Positions 27,602 to 37,655 of a stretch of DNA of 64,000 bases are shown here, piece by piece (position 1 is the first letter of the stretch; the number at the start of each line of letters is the position of its first letter). The notes beneath the pieces are model-generated. The model worked only from the letters and a program-made list of their open reading frames with translations, searched no databases and was not told the DNA's origin. Made by a program: the position numbers and the translations under genes. This stretch comes from an uncultured Clostridium sp. (GTDB taxonomy: Bacteria > Bacillota > Clostridia > Clostridiales > Clostridiaceae). The DNA is taken from contig URKQ01000007.1 of the NCBI GenBank assembly GCA_900548455.1, positions 34,050 through 98,049 on the forward strand, in the 5' to 3' direction.

Positions 27602-28657
27602 CTATCTCTTTAAATTTACTAGGTCCTGTAATATTTCATCCGCAGTTGTAATCATCTTAGAGCATGCTTGGAAAGATCTAGTTGCAACTATCATATCTGT
27701 AAATTGAAGTGATAAGTCTACGTTAGACATTTCTAAGTATCCGTTACAAACACTTCCATAAGCTTTGTTATTATCTTGGTGTCCATTTAACACACCTTTA
27801 CCTACTCTAACAAGAGCTTCTCCTGAGTTACCAGAAGGAGTGTACATATTATTTCCTACCTGTTGAAGACCTTCATTGTTGTTAAAAGACGCCATAGCAA
27901 CTTGTCCTAAAACTGCACTACTACCATCTGCAAGTACAGCTTTTATCATTCCATCACTTTCAATAGAAAAGCTTTGAATTCTAACATCTTCAATTATTTG
28001 CTTTCCATCAGTTCCCATAACAGGTTTACCGTCTTTATCAAATTTAGGTTTTTGAACTACTTCTGGTATAGTAAGTGGTACTAATTTATCTTGATTTGCA
28101 TCTAAATCTTTAGCGTTTCCATCAACATAATCACATGGAATTTTTCCATCTACAGCAACCTTAGGAGATGTTCCAGTTCCATCACTTATTGCATATCCCA
28201 TTACTCTGTATCCATTAGTTGTTAATAAGTTACCATGACTATCCACTTTAAAAGATCCATCTCTAGTAAAAAATGTTTCCATAGATGCAGAGCTCATACC
28301 TTGATTTACATCAACAGTTATATCCCCTGTTATATCTCCTTTTGATACTATAAAGTAACCTGTTCCATCAATAGCCATATCATAAGGTCTTCCAGTAGGG
28401 TTCAAACTTCCTTGATTCATATTAGTTGTAATACTTTGAATAGATACACCCATACCTACTCTTGATGGGTTAATACCTCCAAGAGTTCTTCCTGGTGCTG
28501 ATGCACCTCTATAGTTTTGATACATATTATCTTGGAATGTTACTGATGATGATTTAAACGCCGTAGTTCCTGAATTGGCAACGTTATTTCCTATTACGTC
28601 TAGCTTCTTTTGGTTAACACCTAGTCCTGATATTCCTGAGTACATTGAGTTTAGCAT
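27602..28657 (-). CDS. flgE: Hook protein FlgE (short form)
   Basis: GNNVANSGTTAFK, DMAIDGTGYF, TRDGSF, LEMSNVDL; follows flgD. Confidence 0.9.
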   Translation of the reverse strand: MLNSMYSGISGLGVNQKKLDVIGNNVANSGTTAFKSSSVTFQDNMYQNYRGASAPGRTLGGINPSRVGMGVSIQSITTNMNQGSLNPTGRPYDMAIDGTGYFIVSKGDITGDITVDVNQGMSSASMETFFTRDGSFKVDSHGNLLTTNGYRVMGYAISDGTGTSPKVAVDGKIPCDYVDGNAKDLDANQDKLVPLTIPEVVQKPKFDKDGKPVMGTDGKQIIEDVRIQSFSIESDGMIKAVLADGSSAVLGQVAMASFNNNEGLQQVGNNMYTPSGNSGEALVRVGKGVLNGHQDNNKAYGSVCNGYLEMSNVDLSLQFTDMIVATRSFQACSKMITTADEILQDLVNLKR

Positions 28658-28682
28658 ACTTTTTATCCTCCATTTCGATTAC

Positions 28683-28724
28683 AATTTTAAATTCTTACTT
28701 CTTAATTCTAAATTTTAAATTCTA
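28683..28724. repeat. Degenerate heptamer tandem repeat (6 units)
   Basis: aatttta aattctt acttctt aattcta aatttta aattcta. Confidence 0.7.
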
Positions 28725-28732
28725 AATTAATA

Positions 28733-29449
28733 TTACGGTTCTACTGAAGTTATTGTATCAAATAAAAAGTCTTTGACCTCTACTTTTCCATCCTTTTCAA
28801 CTTCCATCTTAATTTTTATTCCTTCACTATCTCTATATACTTTTACAACCTTTCCGGAAATGGTTTCGGTTGTTGGCTTTGAATCCCCTTCGCCTTCGCC
28901 TTCACCTTCACCTTCAACAGGCTCTTTATAAACAGTTACTTCTACAGTTTTTCCTATTAAAGTAGCAGCGTTAGAGAAAGTTAAATTATCCATGTTAGGA
29001 TCTCCATAATCTAAAACATCTGTAACTTGACTATATTTAAAATCTTTAAGTTTTCCATCCAGTCCTTCTACAGAAACAAAAACTTCACCCTTATATTTAT
29101 ATACAGCTCTTACAACTCCACTTTCGGGCATACCATTACTATCATACACACCAAGTCCTACAAATTTTCCTGTTAAACTCTGGGCAGCATTTAGCGTCAT
29201 AGTGTCATTTAATGCACTCATCTGCTCCATTGAAGTAAATTGAGCAAGCTGTGTTATATAAGCTGTAGTGTCCTGTGACTGAGTTGGATCTTGATTTGCA
29301 AGTTCAGCTGCCAATATCTTAAAAAAGGCATCTTTATCTAAATCATTTGGATTTTCTACTATTGGTGTTCCGTTAGGTGTAACTGAAATTTTAGTATCAG
29401 CTGAAGTTAACTTTAACTTGTTCGAATTTGGTGTAGAAACTGAATTCAT
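28733..29449 (-). CDS. flgD: Hook capping protein FlgD
   Basis: LDKDAFFKILAAELANQDP, ITQLAQFTSMEQM. Confidence 0.92.
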   Translation of the reverse strand: MNSVSTPNSNKLKLTSADTKISVTPNGTPIVENPNDLDKDAFFKILAAELANQDPTQSQDTTAYITQLAQFTSMEQMSALNDTMTLNAAQSLTGKFVGLGVYDSNGMPESGVVRAVYKYKGEVFVSVEGLDGKLKDFKYSQVTDVLDYGDPNMDNLTFSNAATLIGKTVEVTVYKEPVEGEGEGEGEGDSKPTTETISGKVVKVYRDSEGIKIKMEVEKDGKVEVKDFLFDTITSVEP

Positions 29450-29461
29450 CTATCTCATCTC

Positions 29462-30769
29462 CTAAATCAATATATCTAATGCTCCATTAGAACTTTTATC
29501 TGTAGTATCTTGACCTTCTTCCAGGTCAACTTCGCCATTTGAGTTTAAATTACTATTTTCATTTTCTCTTTGCTGTCCATCAAAATGCTTTTTTTCACCA
29601 GAAAAGTATGTAGTATCATTTTCATAAAGTCCAATATTTACTGATTCAATTTTTATATTCTGAGTACCAATTTTTTCATTTATTTCTCTTAGACCTGATG
29701 ATAATAAATCTACTGCTTCTTTTGATGTAGCCTTAATATTTGCTTTTAAAGCTCCTTGCTCCATTACTATTGAAATAGTAACCTGTCCCAATTCCTTAGG
29801 ATATATCTTAACTGTTAAATCTTTGATTCCATTTTGGTCCATATAGGTCAAAGCTTTTATTACATCATTATTTAAATTGCTTTTTGTCATAACTACTGGT
29901 TCATCAAAGGAAACTTTATTTGTAGAATCAATATTTCTATTTAATATCGAAATAAAATCATTAACTCTAGTAACTTTATCTTCTCCTTCTTCACCGTTTA
30001 CAAGGTTATTTAAGATAGAGTCTTCTTTCGAAAGATTTTTTTCGCCTCCACTAAGATTGCCTCTTTCTTCACTTGCTGGTTGCTGCTCAGTAACTTTAGT
30101 ATATTGAAAAGATGTATCTAATAGATTAGTCTCATTTTTTCCTTCACTAGAGTTAATAGGGTTATTCCCAATTGGTAATTTATTAGCAAGATGGTCTTCT
30201 ATATTTGAACCATTATCTTTACTTAATAGTTCTTCAATATTAGAAAGAATTTCTTTATTATTTCCAAGTGCTTCATTAGTAAGCCCAAGTTTTTGTAATA
30301 AATCCTCTGCATGTTTTGTTTCCTTAAGCATAGCTAAAAGATCATTATTAGTATTTTCAATGTTTTCACTAAGATTTAATTTTTCACCATTTAAAGAATT
30401 CAATAAATTTATAATTGAATCTCCTGTTAAACCTTGCTCTTGAAATTCCATTAATGAAACTTTATCATCTTCACTTGATATTAAAGTCTGTAAAAGGTCT
30501 AGTATAGATGCTAATGATTCATTAGAAACTTCCTCTACTTCATTAATTTCTTCTTCACCTAATTCTTTAGTAGAATTTTCTTTTATCTTAGAATTTTCTT
30601 TTTTAGGTGCTTCCGTAGATTTTTTTACATTATCATTATCTTTTTTATTTTCCTTTGAAGAAACCTTTTTAATTTCTACTGCAAAATCCTTACTAGGGCC
30701 TTGAGTTTCGCTTTTTTGCTGAGGTGCCTTTACACTTTCAACAGCATTTGCTACTACATTAATATTCAT
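29462..30769 (-). CDS. fliK: Hook-length control protein FliK
   Basis: Low-complexity N-terminus; VKIYPKELGQV C-domain. Confidence 0.88.
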   Translation of the reverse strand: MNINVVANAVESVKAPQQKSETQGPSKDFAVEIKKVSSKENKKDNDNVKKSTEAPKKENSKIKENSTKELGEEEINEVEEVSNESLASILDLLQTLISSEDDKVSLMEFQEQGLTGDSIINLLNSLNGEKLNLSENIENTNNDLLAMLKETKHAEDLLQKLGLTNEALGNNKEILSNIEELLSKDNGSNIEDHLANKLPIGNNPINSSEGKNETNLLDTSFQYTKVTEQQPASEERGNLSGGEKNLSKEDSILNNLVNGEEGEDKVTRVNDFISILNRNIDSTNKVSFDEPVVMTKSNLNNDVIKALTYMDQNGIKDLTVKIYPKELGQVTISIVMEQGALKANIKATSKEAVDLLSSGLREINEKIGTQNIKIESVNIGLYENDTTYFSGEKKHFDGQQRENENSNLNSNGEVDLEEGQDTTDKSSNGALDILI

Positions 30770-30772
30770 TCC

Positions 30773-31225
30773 TTACCTCCTTCCACTTTCACGTATATAT
30801 CCATAAAGTGCAAATTCGTCATTTTGTATTTGTTCAATTCGACTTTGCTCCTTTATAAATCTAGCTTCATCTTTATCTTTTAAAATACCAACTATCTTTT
30901 TGTTAACCTGAGCTTCTACTAAATCTTTTCTTTTAGTTTCTACTTTTCTTTCTTGTTTCTTCAAATCTTTTTTAGTCAGGTCGATAGTACTATTAAGCAA
31001 ATTTAAGTATTGTGACTGTACCTTTCTATCAATGGTACTCATCTCATTAGAAATCTGAGAATATTTTTTCATATTATCTTCTAGATTTTTAAGATTACTT
31101 TCAACTTTGTTTTTACTTTGAAGAGCTTCCATAAACACAATTTTTTTATCTTCCTCTTCCTTTTCTCTAATATCTAATAACTTTTGAAGTTTAAATTTAT
31201 AACCTTGAGTCAAAGCCATCACCAC
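30773..31225 (-). CDS. fliJ: FliJ
   Basis: YKFKLQKLLDIR, EQIQNDE; follows fliI. Confidence 0.9.
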   Translation of the reverse strand: MVMALTQGYKFKLQKLLDIREKEEEDKKIVFMEALQSKNKVESNLKNLEDNMKKYSQISNEMSTIDRKVQSQYLNLLNSTIDLTKKDLKKQERKVETKRKDLVEAQVNKKIVGILKDKDEARFIKEQSRIEQIQNDEFALYGYIRESGRR

Positions 31226-31226
31226 C

Positions 31227-32534
31227 TTAATTAAACATGTTAACTAGCGCATCTTTTGTTTTATCAAATTCACAACTTTCTTTTATCCCTTGTGTTAAAA
31301 ACTCATTTATAGTTTCTATATATCGTATAGCCATATCAATTTTACTATTGCTTCCACTTGCGTAAGCTCCGAGATTAATTAAATCTTCTGCTTCATTATA
31401 AGAAGATAGAAGGTCTCTTGCTAGGGAGGCTGTTTTTTTATGTTCATCCTCTGCAATTTCAGGCATAAGTCTTGAAACACTTCTAAGTATATCTATAGCA
31501 GGATAATGATTCTTAGCTGCCAAATCTCTGCTTAAAACTATATGTCCATCCAATATACCTCTTACAGCATCTGCTATAGGTTCATTAAAGTCATCTCCAT
31601 CAACAAGGACAGTATAAAATGCAGTAATAGATCCTTTATCAGACATTCCACTTCTCTCTAATAGTTTAGGAAGCATTGAAAATACTGAAGGAGTATATCC
31701 CTTTGTAGCAGGAGGTTCTCCAATTGCAAGACCAATTTCCCTTTGAGCCATAGCAAAACGAGTAACTGAGTCCATCATAAGTATTACCTTAAGTCCCTTA
31801 TCTCTAAAATACTCAGCTATTGCAGTGGCAGTAAAAGCTCCTTTAAGTCTAACCAGTGCAGGTTGATCTGATGTAGCACATACTACTACTGATCTTTTTA
31901 ATCCTTCTTCTCCCAAGTCCTTTTCTATAAAGTCTAGGACCTCTCTTCCTCTTTCTCCAATCAGAGAAATTACGTTAACATCTGCCTTAGCTTCTCTCGC
32001 TATCATACCCAAAGTTGTACTTTTACCAACTCCAGATCCTGCAAATATACCTACTCTTTGCCCTTCCCCACAAGTCAAAAACCCATCAATAGCTCTTACT
32101 CCTGTTGGAAGTACCTCTTTAATTCTTCTTCTTTTAAGAGGATCCGGAGGCATTGCCTCTAGGGGATAACTTTTATATAAGTTTATTTTTGACTTATCAA
32201 TGGGATTTCCTGTACCATCCAGTACCTTTCCTAATAGTTCATCTGAACATTTTATGCTTAATTGCTTTCCAGTCCTTATAGCTCTACATCCTGGAGAAAT
32301 CCCTGTAAGGTTTCCAAGAGGCATTAACAGCAATCTTCCCTCTTTAAACCCTACTACTTCACAAGCTATAGCAGTATTGGATTCATTGTATATGTTAAAA
32401 ACTTCTCCTACAAATCCTTTAACTCCACTTACTTCAATAGTAAGACCAATTATATTTTTAACTATACCTTCCATATGATTAAAATTTGTTTTAATTATAT
32501 TTTCTTCTATATCTTGAAAGTTTAACTCCATCAT
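31227..32534 (-). CDS. fliI: Export ATPase FliI
   Basis: FAGSGVGKST, IGERGREV, MDSVTRFAMAQRE. Confidence 0.96.
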   Translation of the reverse strand: MMELNFQDIEENIIKTNFNHMEGIVKNIIGLTIEVSGVKGFVGEVFNIYNESNTAIACEVVGFKEGRLLLMPLGNLTGISPGCRAIRTGKQLSIKCSDELLGKVLDGTGNPIDKSKINLYKSYPLEAMPPDPLKRRRIKEVLPTGVRAIDGFLTCGEGQRVGIFAGSGVGKSTTLGMIAREAKADVNVISLIGERGREVLDFIEKDLGEEGLKRSVVVCATSDQPALVRLKGAFTATAIAEYFRDKGLKVILMMDSVTRFAMAQREIGLAIGEPPATKGYTPSVFSMLPKLLERSGMSDKGSITAFYTVLVDGDDFNEPIADAVRGILDGHIVLSRDLAAKNHYPAIDILRSVSRLMPEIAEDEHKKTASLARDLLSSYNEAEDLINLGAYASGSNSKIDMAIRYIETINEFLTQGIKESCEFDKTKDALVNMFN

Positions 32535-32548
32535 ATTTCATAATTCCT

Positions 32549-33313
32549 CTATACTTCCATTAGAACTTCTCTAAGTTTATCTATGCTATTTTCTATTGTG
32601 AAGGAAGTCTTTCCATTATCCTTTTCAACAACTAAAGTTCCTTCTTCTAAACGATTATCTTCTAATATAATAACTTCACCTTTAATTCCTATAGTCAACT
32701 TAAATTCATCAATTATAGAGTTTAGATGTGATACATAAGAAGATGAAACTCTAATTAAAAACATCTTATTACTTTTTTCATCGGATAAAATTTGAAATAA
32801 TAAATTATCTAAGGCAGCCTCATTTTCAAATTCCTTTTTCAGCATTGATTCCACTGAGGAAATAATTATTTTTCTTATATTCATCTCTTTTTCTTTAAGA
32901 AATTTATCATACTCTTCTTTTGCTTGATAAAGAATATAGTTTGCATTATCAATTATTGCTTGTCCCTCTTGACTTCCCTCATTATATCCACTATCTTTTC
33001 CTTCATTAAATCCGATGTTATAGCCTTCTTCATAACCTTGTTTAAATCCAGCTTCTTTTGCTTCATATAGTACCTTTTCTTTTTCCGTTAAGGCTTCATC
33101 TATAATTTGCTTTGCATCTTCATTAGCTCTATCTAGTATTTCTTTTACTCTCAATTTTGCTAAGTCATATTCTTCACTACGTCCGTCAAAAACAGTTTCA
33201 TTACTAACTTCTTCTACTTTTTGCACTGGAACAGTAGTTTCTATTGAAACATTTCCCTTTTCATAAGCCTGGATTCCTTTTATAACCTTACAAGATGAGT
33301 GCATCGTCGCCAC
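32549..33313 (-). CDS. fliH: FliH
   Basis: GxxxG repeats (GFKQGYEEGYNIGFNEG); position between fliG and fliI. Confidence 0.88.
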   Translation of the reverse strand: MATMHSSCKVIKGIQAYEKGNVSIETTVPVQKVEEVSNETVFDGRSEEYDLAKLRVKEILDRANEDAKQIIDEALTEKEKVLYEAKEAGFKQGYEEGYNIGFNEGKDSGYNEGSQEGQAIIDNANYILYQAKEEYDKFLKEKEMNIRKIIISSVESMLKKEFENEAALDNLLFQILSDEKSNKMFLIRVSSSYVSHLNSIIDEFKLTIGIKGEVIILEDNRLEEGTLVVEKDNGKTSFTIENSIDKLREVLMEV

Positions 33314-34304
33314 CTCTTACAATTGTAATTTCACCAGCTTCATCTAGTCTTCTAATTAAGCCAACAATTTTTTGCTGTGCCTTTTCTACATCTACCAGTC
33401 TTACAGGTCCTAAGAATTCCATATCTTCCTTTAATGTCTCTCCAGCTCTCTTTGATAGATTTCGTACTATGGTCTCTACTACTTGTTCTGAAGTTCCCTT
33501 TAAAGCCATACATAATTCTTTAGTATCAACTTCTCTAAGAATTCTTTGAATATCAACATCATTAATTGTAATAACATCTTCAAATACGAACATAGACTCT
33601 TTAACCTTATCAGCAAGTTCCATATCTTCTCTTTCAAGACCCTCTGTAATATTTTTCTCAGTAGTTCTATCAACTTGGTTAAGAATATTAACAAGAGATT
33701 GAACTCCTCCAATTTCTGTATTTTCATTAGATACAACTGATGACAGCTTACTATTAAGAATTTCTTCTATTTCTTTAACTACAACTGGATAAATATTGCT
33801 CATAGTTGCAACTCTATATGCTACATCACTTTGAAGTTCCGGTGGCAGTGCAGATAATATTTGTCCAGCTTTATCTGGTTGTAAATGACATAATATCAAA
33901 GCAATAGTTTGTGGTTGTTCACTAGATATAACATTCATCAATTGATTAGCATCAGCTTTTCTTGCAATAGCAAATGGTCTATATTGCTGTGAAAACTCTG
34001 TTACTCTGTCTAAAATATCATTAGCCTTTTGACTGCCAAGTGCTCTTGACAAACAACTTCTAGCATACTCAACTCCGCCCTCAATAATGTAATCTTTAGC
34101 TTTATTCATCTCCATGAACTCATCTAATATAGATTGTCTTTCCTCTGGGCTAACTGAGGACATATTTGCTATTTCATAAGTGATTTTTTGAATTTCATTT
34201 TCATGTAATTTTTTTATTATGCTAGCCGATGCCTCTGGCCCTAGAGAAATAAATAGTATTGCAGCCTTTTGGGCTCCAGTAAATTTTTTTGTATTTGTTG
34301 ACAT
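33288..34304 (-). CDS. fliG: Rotor protein FliG
   Basis: QKAAIL, EQPQTIALIL, MFVFED, GPVRLVDVE. Confidence 0.96.
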   Translation of the reverse strand: MSTNTKKFTGAQKAAILFISLGPEASASIIKKLHENEIQKITYEIANMSSVSPEERQSILDEFMEMNKAKDYIIEGGVEYARSCLSRALGSQKANDILDRVTEFSQQYRPFAIARKADANQLMNVISSEQPQTIALILCHLQPDKAGQILSALPPELQSDVAYRVATMSNIYPVVVKEIEEILNSKLSSVVSNENTEIGGVQSLVNILNQVDRTTEKNITEGLEREDMELADKVKESMFVFEDVITINDVDIQRILREVDTKELCMALKGTSEQVVETIVRNLSKRAGETLKEDMEFLGPVRLVDVEKAQQKIVGLIRRLDEAGEITIVRGGDDALIL

Positions 34305-34305
34305 A

Positions 34306-35895
34306 CTATCTTCGTTCCTCCTCTGTAAGCCATGATTTTATGACTTCAGCCACTTGCTCTGGCTTTTTCTCAGCATATTTCTGAACTTCTTTAATTACTT
34401 TTTCTTTTTCTGTTTCTACATCAAGATTTAAATTTAAAGCTCGATATGCATCCATTTTATTCTGCATTTCGTCTTCACCCACAGTTACATCTAAATCTGC
34501 TGTAATTTCATCATCTATATCATCTTCATCATCATCTTTATTTTTCTTTTTGATTGTAGTAATTATAACTATTACTAGTACAACTGCTGCTACTGCTGCT
34601 GCTCCAAGTGCAATAAGTTTTCTTCTAGCAGCTTTAGCTTCCGCTTCCTTCATTGCATCAATTTCTGCTTGAGCTTGATCTTTATAGGTACTATCAAAGG
34701 CTATGCCTTCCACAGAGATTCCATCTCCTCTTTCCTGGTTATATCCGATAGCATCCGCAACCAATCCTGTTATAGCTTGTCTTGTCTCTTCATTAATAGC
34801 TCCATTAACTACTATAGAAGTAGTTATTCTATCAACTTGACCTTGAGCTTTTACTACAACCTCTTCAGTTTTAGAATTCTCATAGTTCTTAGTTTCTTCA
34901 AAATATCCGCCATTTTCAATCTTTTCATCTTCTGAATTTTGTGTATTACTCATATTGTTATCTACTGGACTAGAAGATGTATCCTCATTAGCTTGACCTG
35001 TTTTATCTATAATATTATGTTCACTTGCTAAAACATTATTTTCCTTATCATAGGTCACATTATTTTGCTTTATAGCATCAAAATTTAAAATTGCATTAAC
35101 AGATACTTTAACATTATCTCTATATATTGGTTCTAATACATTTAAAATTTTCTTTTCAAATTCTTGTTCTACCTTTTTTGTTGCAGCAATCTGCTTATCT
35201 GTATTAGCAGACTGTACGCCTTCCTCTTCATCAAACAATCCTTCAGTTAATAAAGTTAAATTGTCAGAAACAATAGTAACATCTTTTTTATCCAAATTTT
35301 CTACGCTTCCACATACAAGATATACTATTGACTTTACCTGCTGATCAGATAAAGAAGCCCCTGGTACTAATTTTACTGTAACAGAAGCACTGGCAGGTGT
35401 TTTTGTAGTTACAAAAGCTGAATCATTAGGAATAACTAAATTCACTTTTGCAGAATCTACTTCATCAAAGGCCTTTATAGTTCTTTCAATTTCTCCTGAT
35501 AAAGCTCTTTGATACATAACTCTTGACTCGTCATCTGTTGCCCCAACCTTAGCTGAGTCAAACAACTCAAATCCTTTACTTCCTTCTGTTAAATTTACTT
35601 TAGATAAAACTTCCATTCTAAGCTTATCTACTTCTGATTCCTTAACTAATATGGAATTACCTTGAATCTTATAACTTGCACCCTTTTCATCTAATGATGC
35701 CATTATATTTCCTGAATCATTACTATCTAATTCCGAAAACAAAACTGTATACTTTGGTGTAAGTGACACATAAAGTAATATCCCAATAGCTAGTACTGCC
35801 ACTATACTAATTATAGTTAAAGCTATCTTACGAGTCTTCGTCATAGATTTCCATTTTTCTTTTAGCTTATTCATTATCTCCGATAGCTTACTCAT
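34306..35895 (-). CDS. fliF: MS-ring protein FliF
   Basis: Two TM helices, GFELFD, YQRALSGEIERTI, ASASV. Confidence 0.95.
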   Translation of the reverse strand: MSKLSEIMNKLKEKWKSMTKTRKIALTIISIVAVLAIGILLYVSLTPKYTVLFSELDSNDSGNIMASLDEKGASYKIQGNSILVKESEVDKLRMEVLSKVNLTEGSKGFELFDSAKVGATDDESRVMYQRALSGEIERTIKAFDEVDSAKVNLVIPNDSAFVTTKTPASASVTVKLVPGASLSDQQVKSIVYLVCGSVENLDKKDVTIVSDNLTLLTEGLFDEEEGVQSANTDKQIAATKKVEQEFEKKILNVLEPIYRDNVKVSVNAILNFDAIKQNNVTYDKENNVLASEHNIIDKTGQANEDTSSSPVDNNMSNTQNSEDEKIENGGYFEETKNYENSKTEEVVVKAQGQVDRITTSIVVNGAINEETRQAITGLVADAIGYNQERGDGISVEGIAFDSTYKDQAQAEIDAMKEAEAKAARRKLIALGAAAVAAVVLVIVIITTIKKKNKDDDEDDIDDEITADLDVTVGEDEMQNKMDAYRALNLNLDVETEKEKVIKEVQKYAEKKPEQVAEVIKSWLTEEERR

Positions 35896-35910
35896 CTTTT
35901 AAACCCTCCA

Positions 35911-36234
35911 TTATACTTGCATGTTGTTAAGCTCCTTATATGCATCAACAAGCTTATTTCTTATTTCAATTGCAAGATTTAATGATAGGGATGCTTCCTG
36001 AGTTGCTAACATTACCTCTTGTATTTCTAAATCTCCATTTAGATATCCCTTTATACTATCATCTGCTTTAACCTGTGTATCATTAACTTTGTTAAGTTCA
36101 GATTTTAGCACATCTCCAAAACCAACTTCACTACTAGATGAGGAATTTTCCTGCTCGTCATTTCCCCCATAAATATTAATTAAGTCTTGTTTAAAAATTG
36201 ATGTACTTGGTATGTAGTTATTTATCATATACAT
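35911..36234 (-). CDS. fliE: FliE
   Basis: IRNKLVDAYKELNNMQV. Confidence 0.93.
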   Translation of the reverse strand: MYMINNYIPSTSIFKQDLINIYGGNDEQENSSSSSEVGFGDVLKSELNKVNDTQVKADDSIKGYLNGDLEIQEVMLATQEASLSLNLAIEIRNKLVDAYKELNNMQV

Positions 36235-36244
36235 TTGCTCCTAT

Positions 36245-36676
36245 CTATCTACCTATTTCTAAAGTCTTCAAAAACATACTCTTTTGTGCTTCAAAAACAC
36301 TTACATTAGCTTCATATGCTCTACTTGCCACCATCAAGTCTACCATTTCATTTGTTATTTCCACATTTGGCATTGTAACAAACCCTTCTTCATCAGCATC
36401 TGGATGACTTGGATTGTACACCTTTGGTAATTCTGAATCATCATCATCTATTCCCACTGCTTTAATACCATTTAACTTAGTAGAAGATGTTCCCTTTGAT
36501 CTGTTATATACTTCTTCTAAATTAGATTGAAATACAGCCACTTTTCTAACATAAGGCTTCCCATCTTCACCTCTAGTTGTCTCTGCATTAGCTATATTAG
36601 ATGATATTGTATCCATCCTTAACCTTTCAGCACTTAAACCGCTAGTCGCAATTCTCAATCCTCTAAAAGCTTCCAT
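36245..36676 (-). CDS. flgC: FlgC
   Basis: SNIANAETTR, YNPSHPDA, SRAYEAN. Confidence 0.96.
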   Translation of the reverse strand: MEAFRGLRIATSGLSAERLRMDTISSNIANAETTRGEDGKPYVRKVAVFQSNLEEVYNRSKGTSSTKLNGIKAVGIDDDDSELPKVYNPSHPDADEEGFVTMPNVEITNEMVDLMVASRAYEANVSVFEAQKSMFLKTLEIGR

Positions 36677-36678
36677 TC

Positions 36679-37065
36679 TTATTTCCCTCCTTTAATGACA
36701 CTATTTGTGGATGTTATTTTACCACTCACCATTCTAACTAATGATTGATACATAAGACTATTAGCAGCTTGGCTAGACATTTCCACTTCAATATCTACAT
36801 TATTTCCGTCTTCTCTCATGGAGGTAGTATCATCTTCTTTAACTTGAACCTTACCATTATTACTACTGCCGGATATGTGCTTACTCTTCGTCGTTTTAAG
36901 CTTATCACTGCTAGCTGTATTGTTCATAACTTGCTCAAAGGGAACATAATGTCTTTTATAACCTTCAGTATTTACATTGGCAATATTATTTGCAACTACT
37001 TTATTTGCCTCCGACGTTACATTCAAGGATCTCTTTAATAAGTTATACACATCATATTGAGCCAT
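36679..37065 (-). CDS. flgB: FlgB
   Basis: NNIANVNTEGYKR, REDGNNVDIE. Confidence 0.95.
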   Translation of the reverse strand: MAQYDVYNLLKRSLNVTSEANKVVANNIANVNTEGYKRHYVPFEQVMNNTASSDKLKTTKSKHISGSSNNGKVQVKEDDTTSMREDGNNVDIEVEMSSQAANSLMYQSLVRMVSGKITSTNSVIKGGK

Positions 37066-37311
37066 AATCTTCTCCCTCCATTCCTTCTATAAGATTACCA
37101 TAACTAATTAGACAAAAAATTAAAAATTCCTTCTTTTTTTTCTAAATTCATATTAGAGTTTAAACTTTTTTATGATTTTTGTATATATGTGTCATATTTT
37201 ATATTTTATTTCTGTACTAAATTCTAAAATACAACATTTTTTTCCATATAAACTTAACTCACCCCCATTTTATATTCAGTTAGTAGGAACTAATTTTTAA
37301 AAAAAATAAAA

Positions 37312-37335
37312 GAAGCTACTCCAAAGAGTAGCTTC
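37312..37335 (-). terminator. Riboswitch-controlled intrinsic terminator in the flgB leader
   Basis: Minus strand GAAGCTACTC-TTTG-GAGTAGCTTC followed by TTTTATTTTTTT. Confidence 0.85.
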
Positions 37336-37410
37336 AAAAGATACGAAATAATAAAACATAGAATTACATAATAATTGTAATTTATGCATAACAAAAAGTA
37401 TAGATAACTC

Positions 37411-37490
37411 TTTGGCAACTGGCTGGCATACCAAATATTGGCTTAGCCCCTATAGCTTTGCGTCACTAATTTTCATTAGCTTTGCCATAT
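37411..37490 (-). ncRNA. c-di-GMP-I (GEMM) riboswitch aptamer
   Basis: Minus strand GGCAAAGCTAAT-GAAA-ATTAGTGACGCAAAGCTATAGGGGCTAA...ATGCCAGCCAGTTGCC, upstream of flgB. Confidence 0.93.
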
Positions 37491-37504
37491 TAACTTGTAA
37501 TTTA

Positions 37505-37533
37505 ATGTTATACAAAAAACGTGATTTTGTCAA
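37505..37533 (-). promoter_or_regulatory. sigmaA promoter of the flgB operon
   Basis: TTGACA-17 nt-TAACAT directly 5' of the aptamer. Confidence 0.75.
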
Positions 37534-37607
37534 GTATTTCCTGTCATTTTTCTATCTATTTACATAATTTCGTATAAAAATCTTTTAACCCTGTCAATTC
37601 TATTTAA

Positions 37608-37651
37608 AAAGCCAATAAGTACTATAATATTTAAAAGTACTTATTGGCTTT
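37608..37651 (-). terminator. Terminator after the YjfB-like gene
   Basis: 16-bp inverted repeat AAAGCCAATAAGTACT/AGTACTTATTGGCTTT. Confidence 0.8.
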
Positions 37652-37655
37652 ATTT

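Noticed and set aside
37066..37310. C. difficile-type invertible flagellar switch
   Set aside because: No flanking inverted repeats of about 20 bp found by eye; an einverted run would settle it
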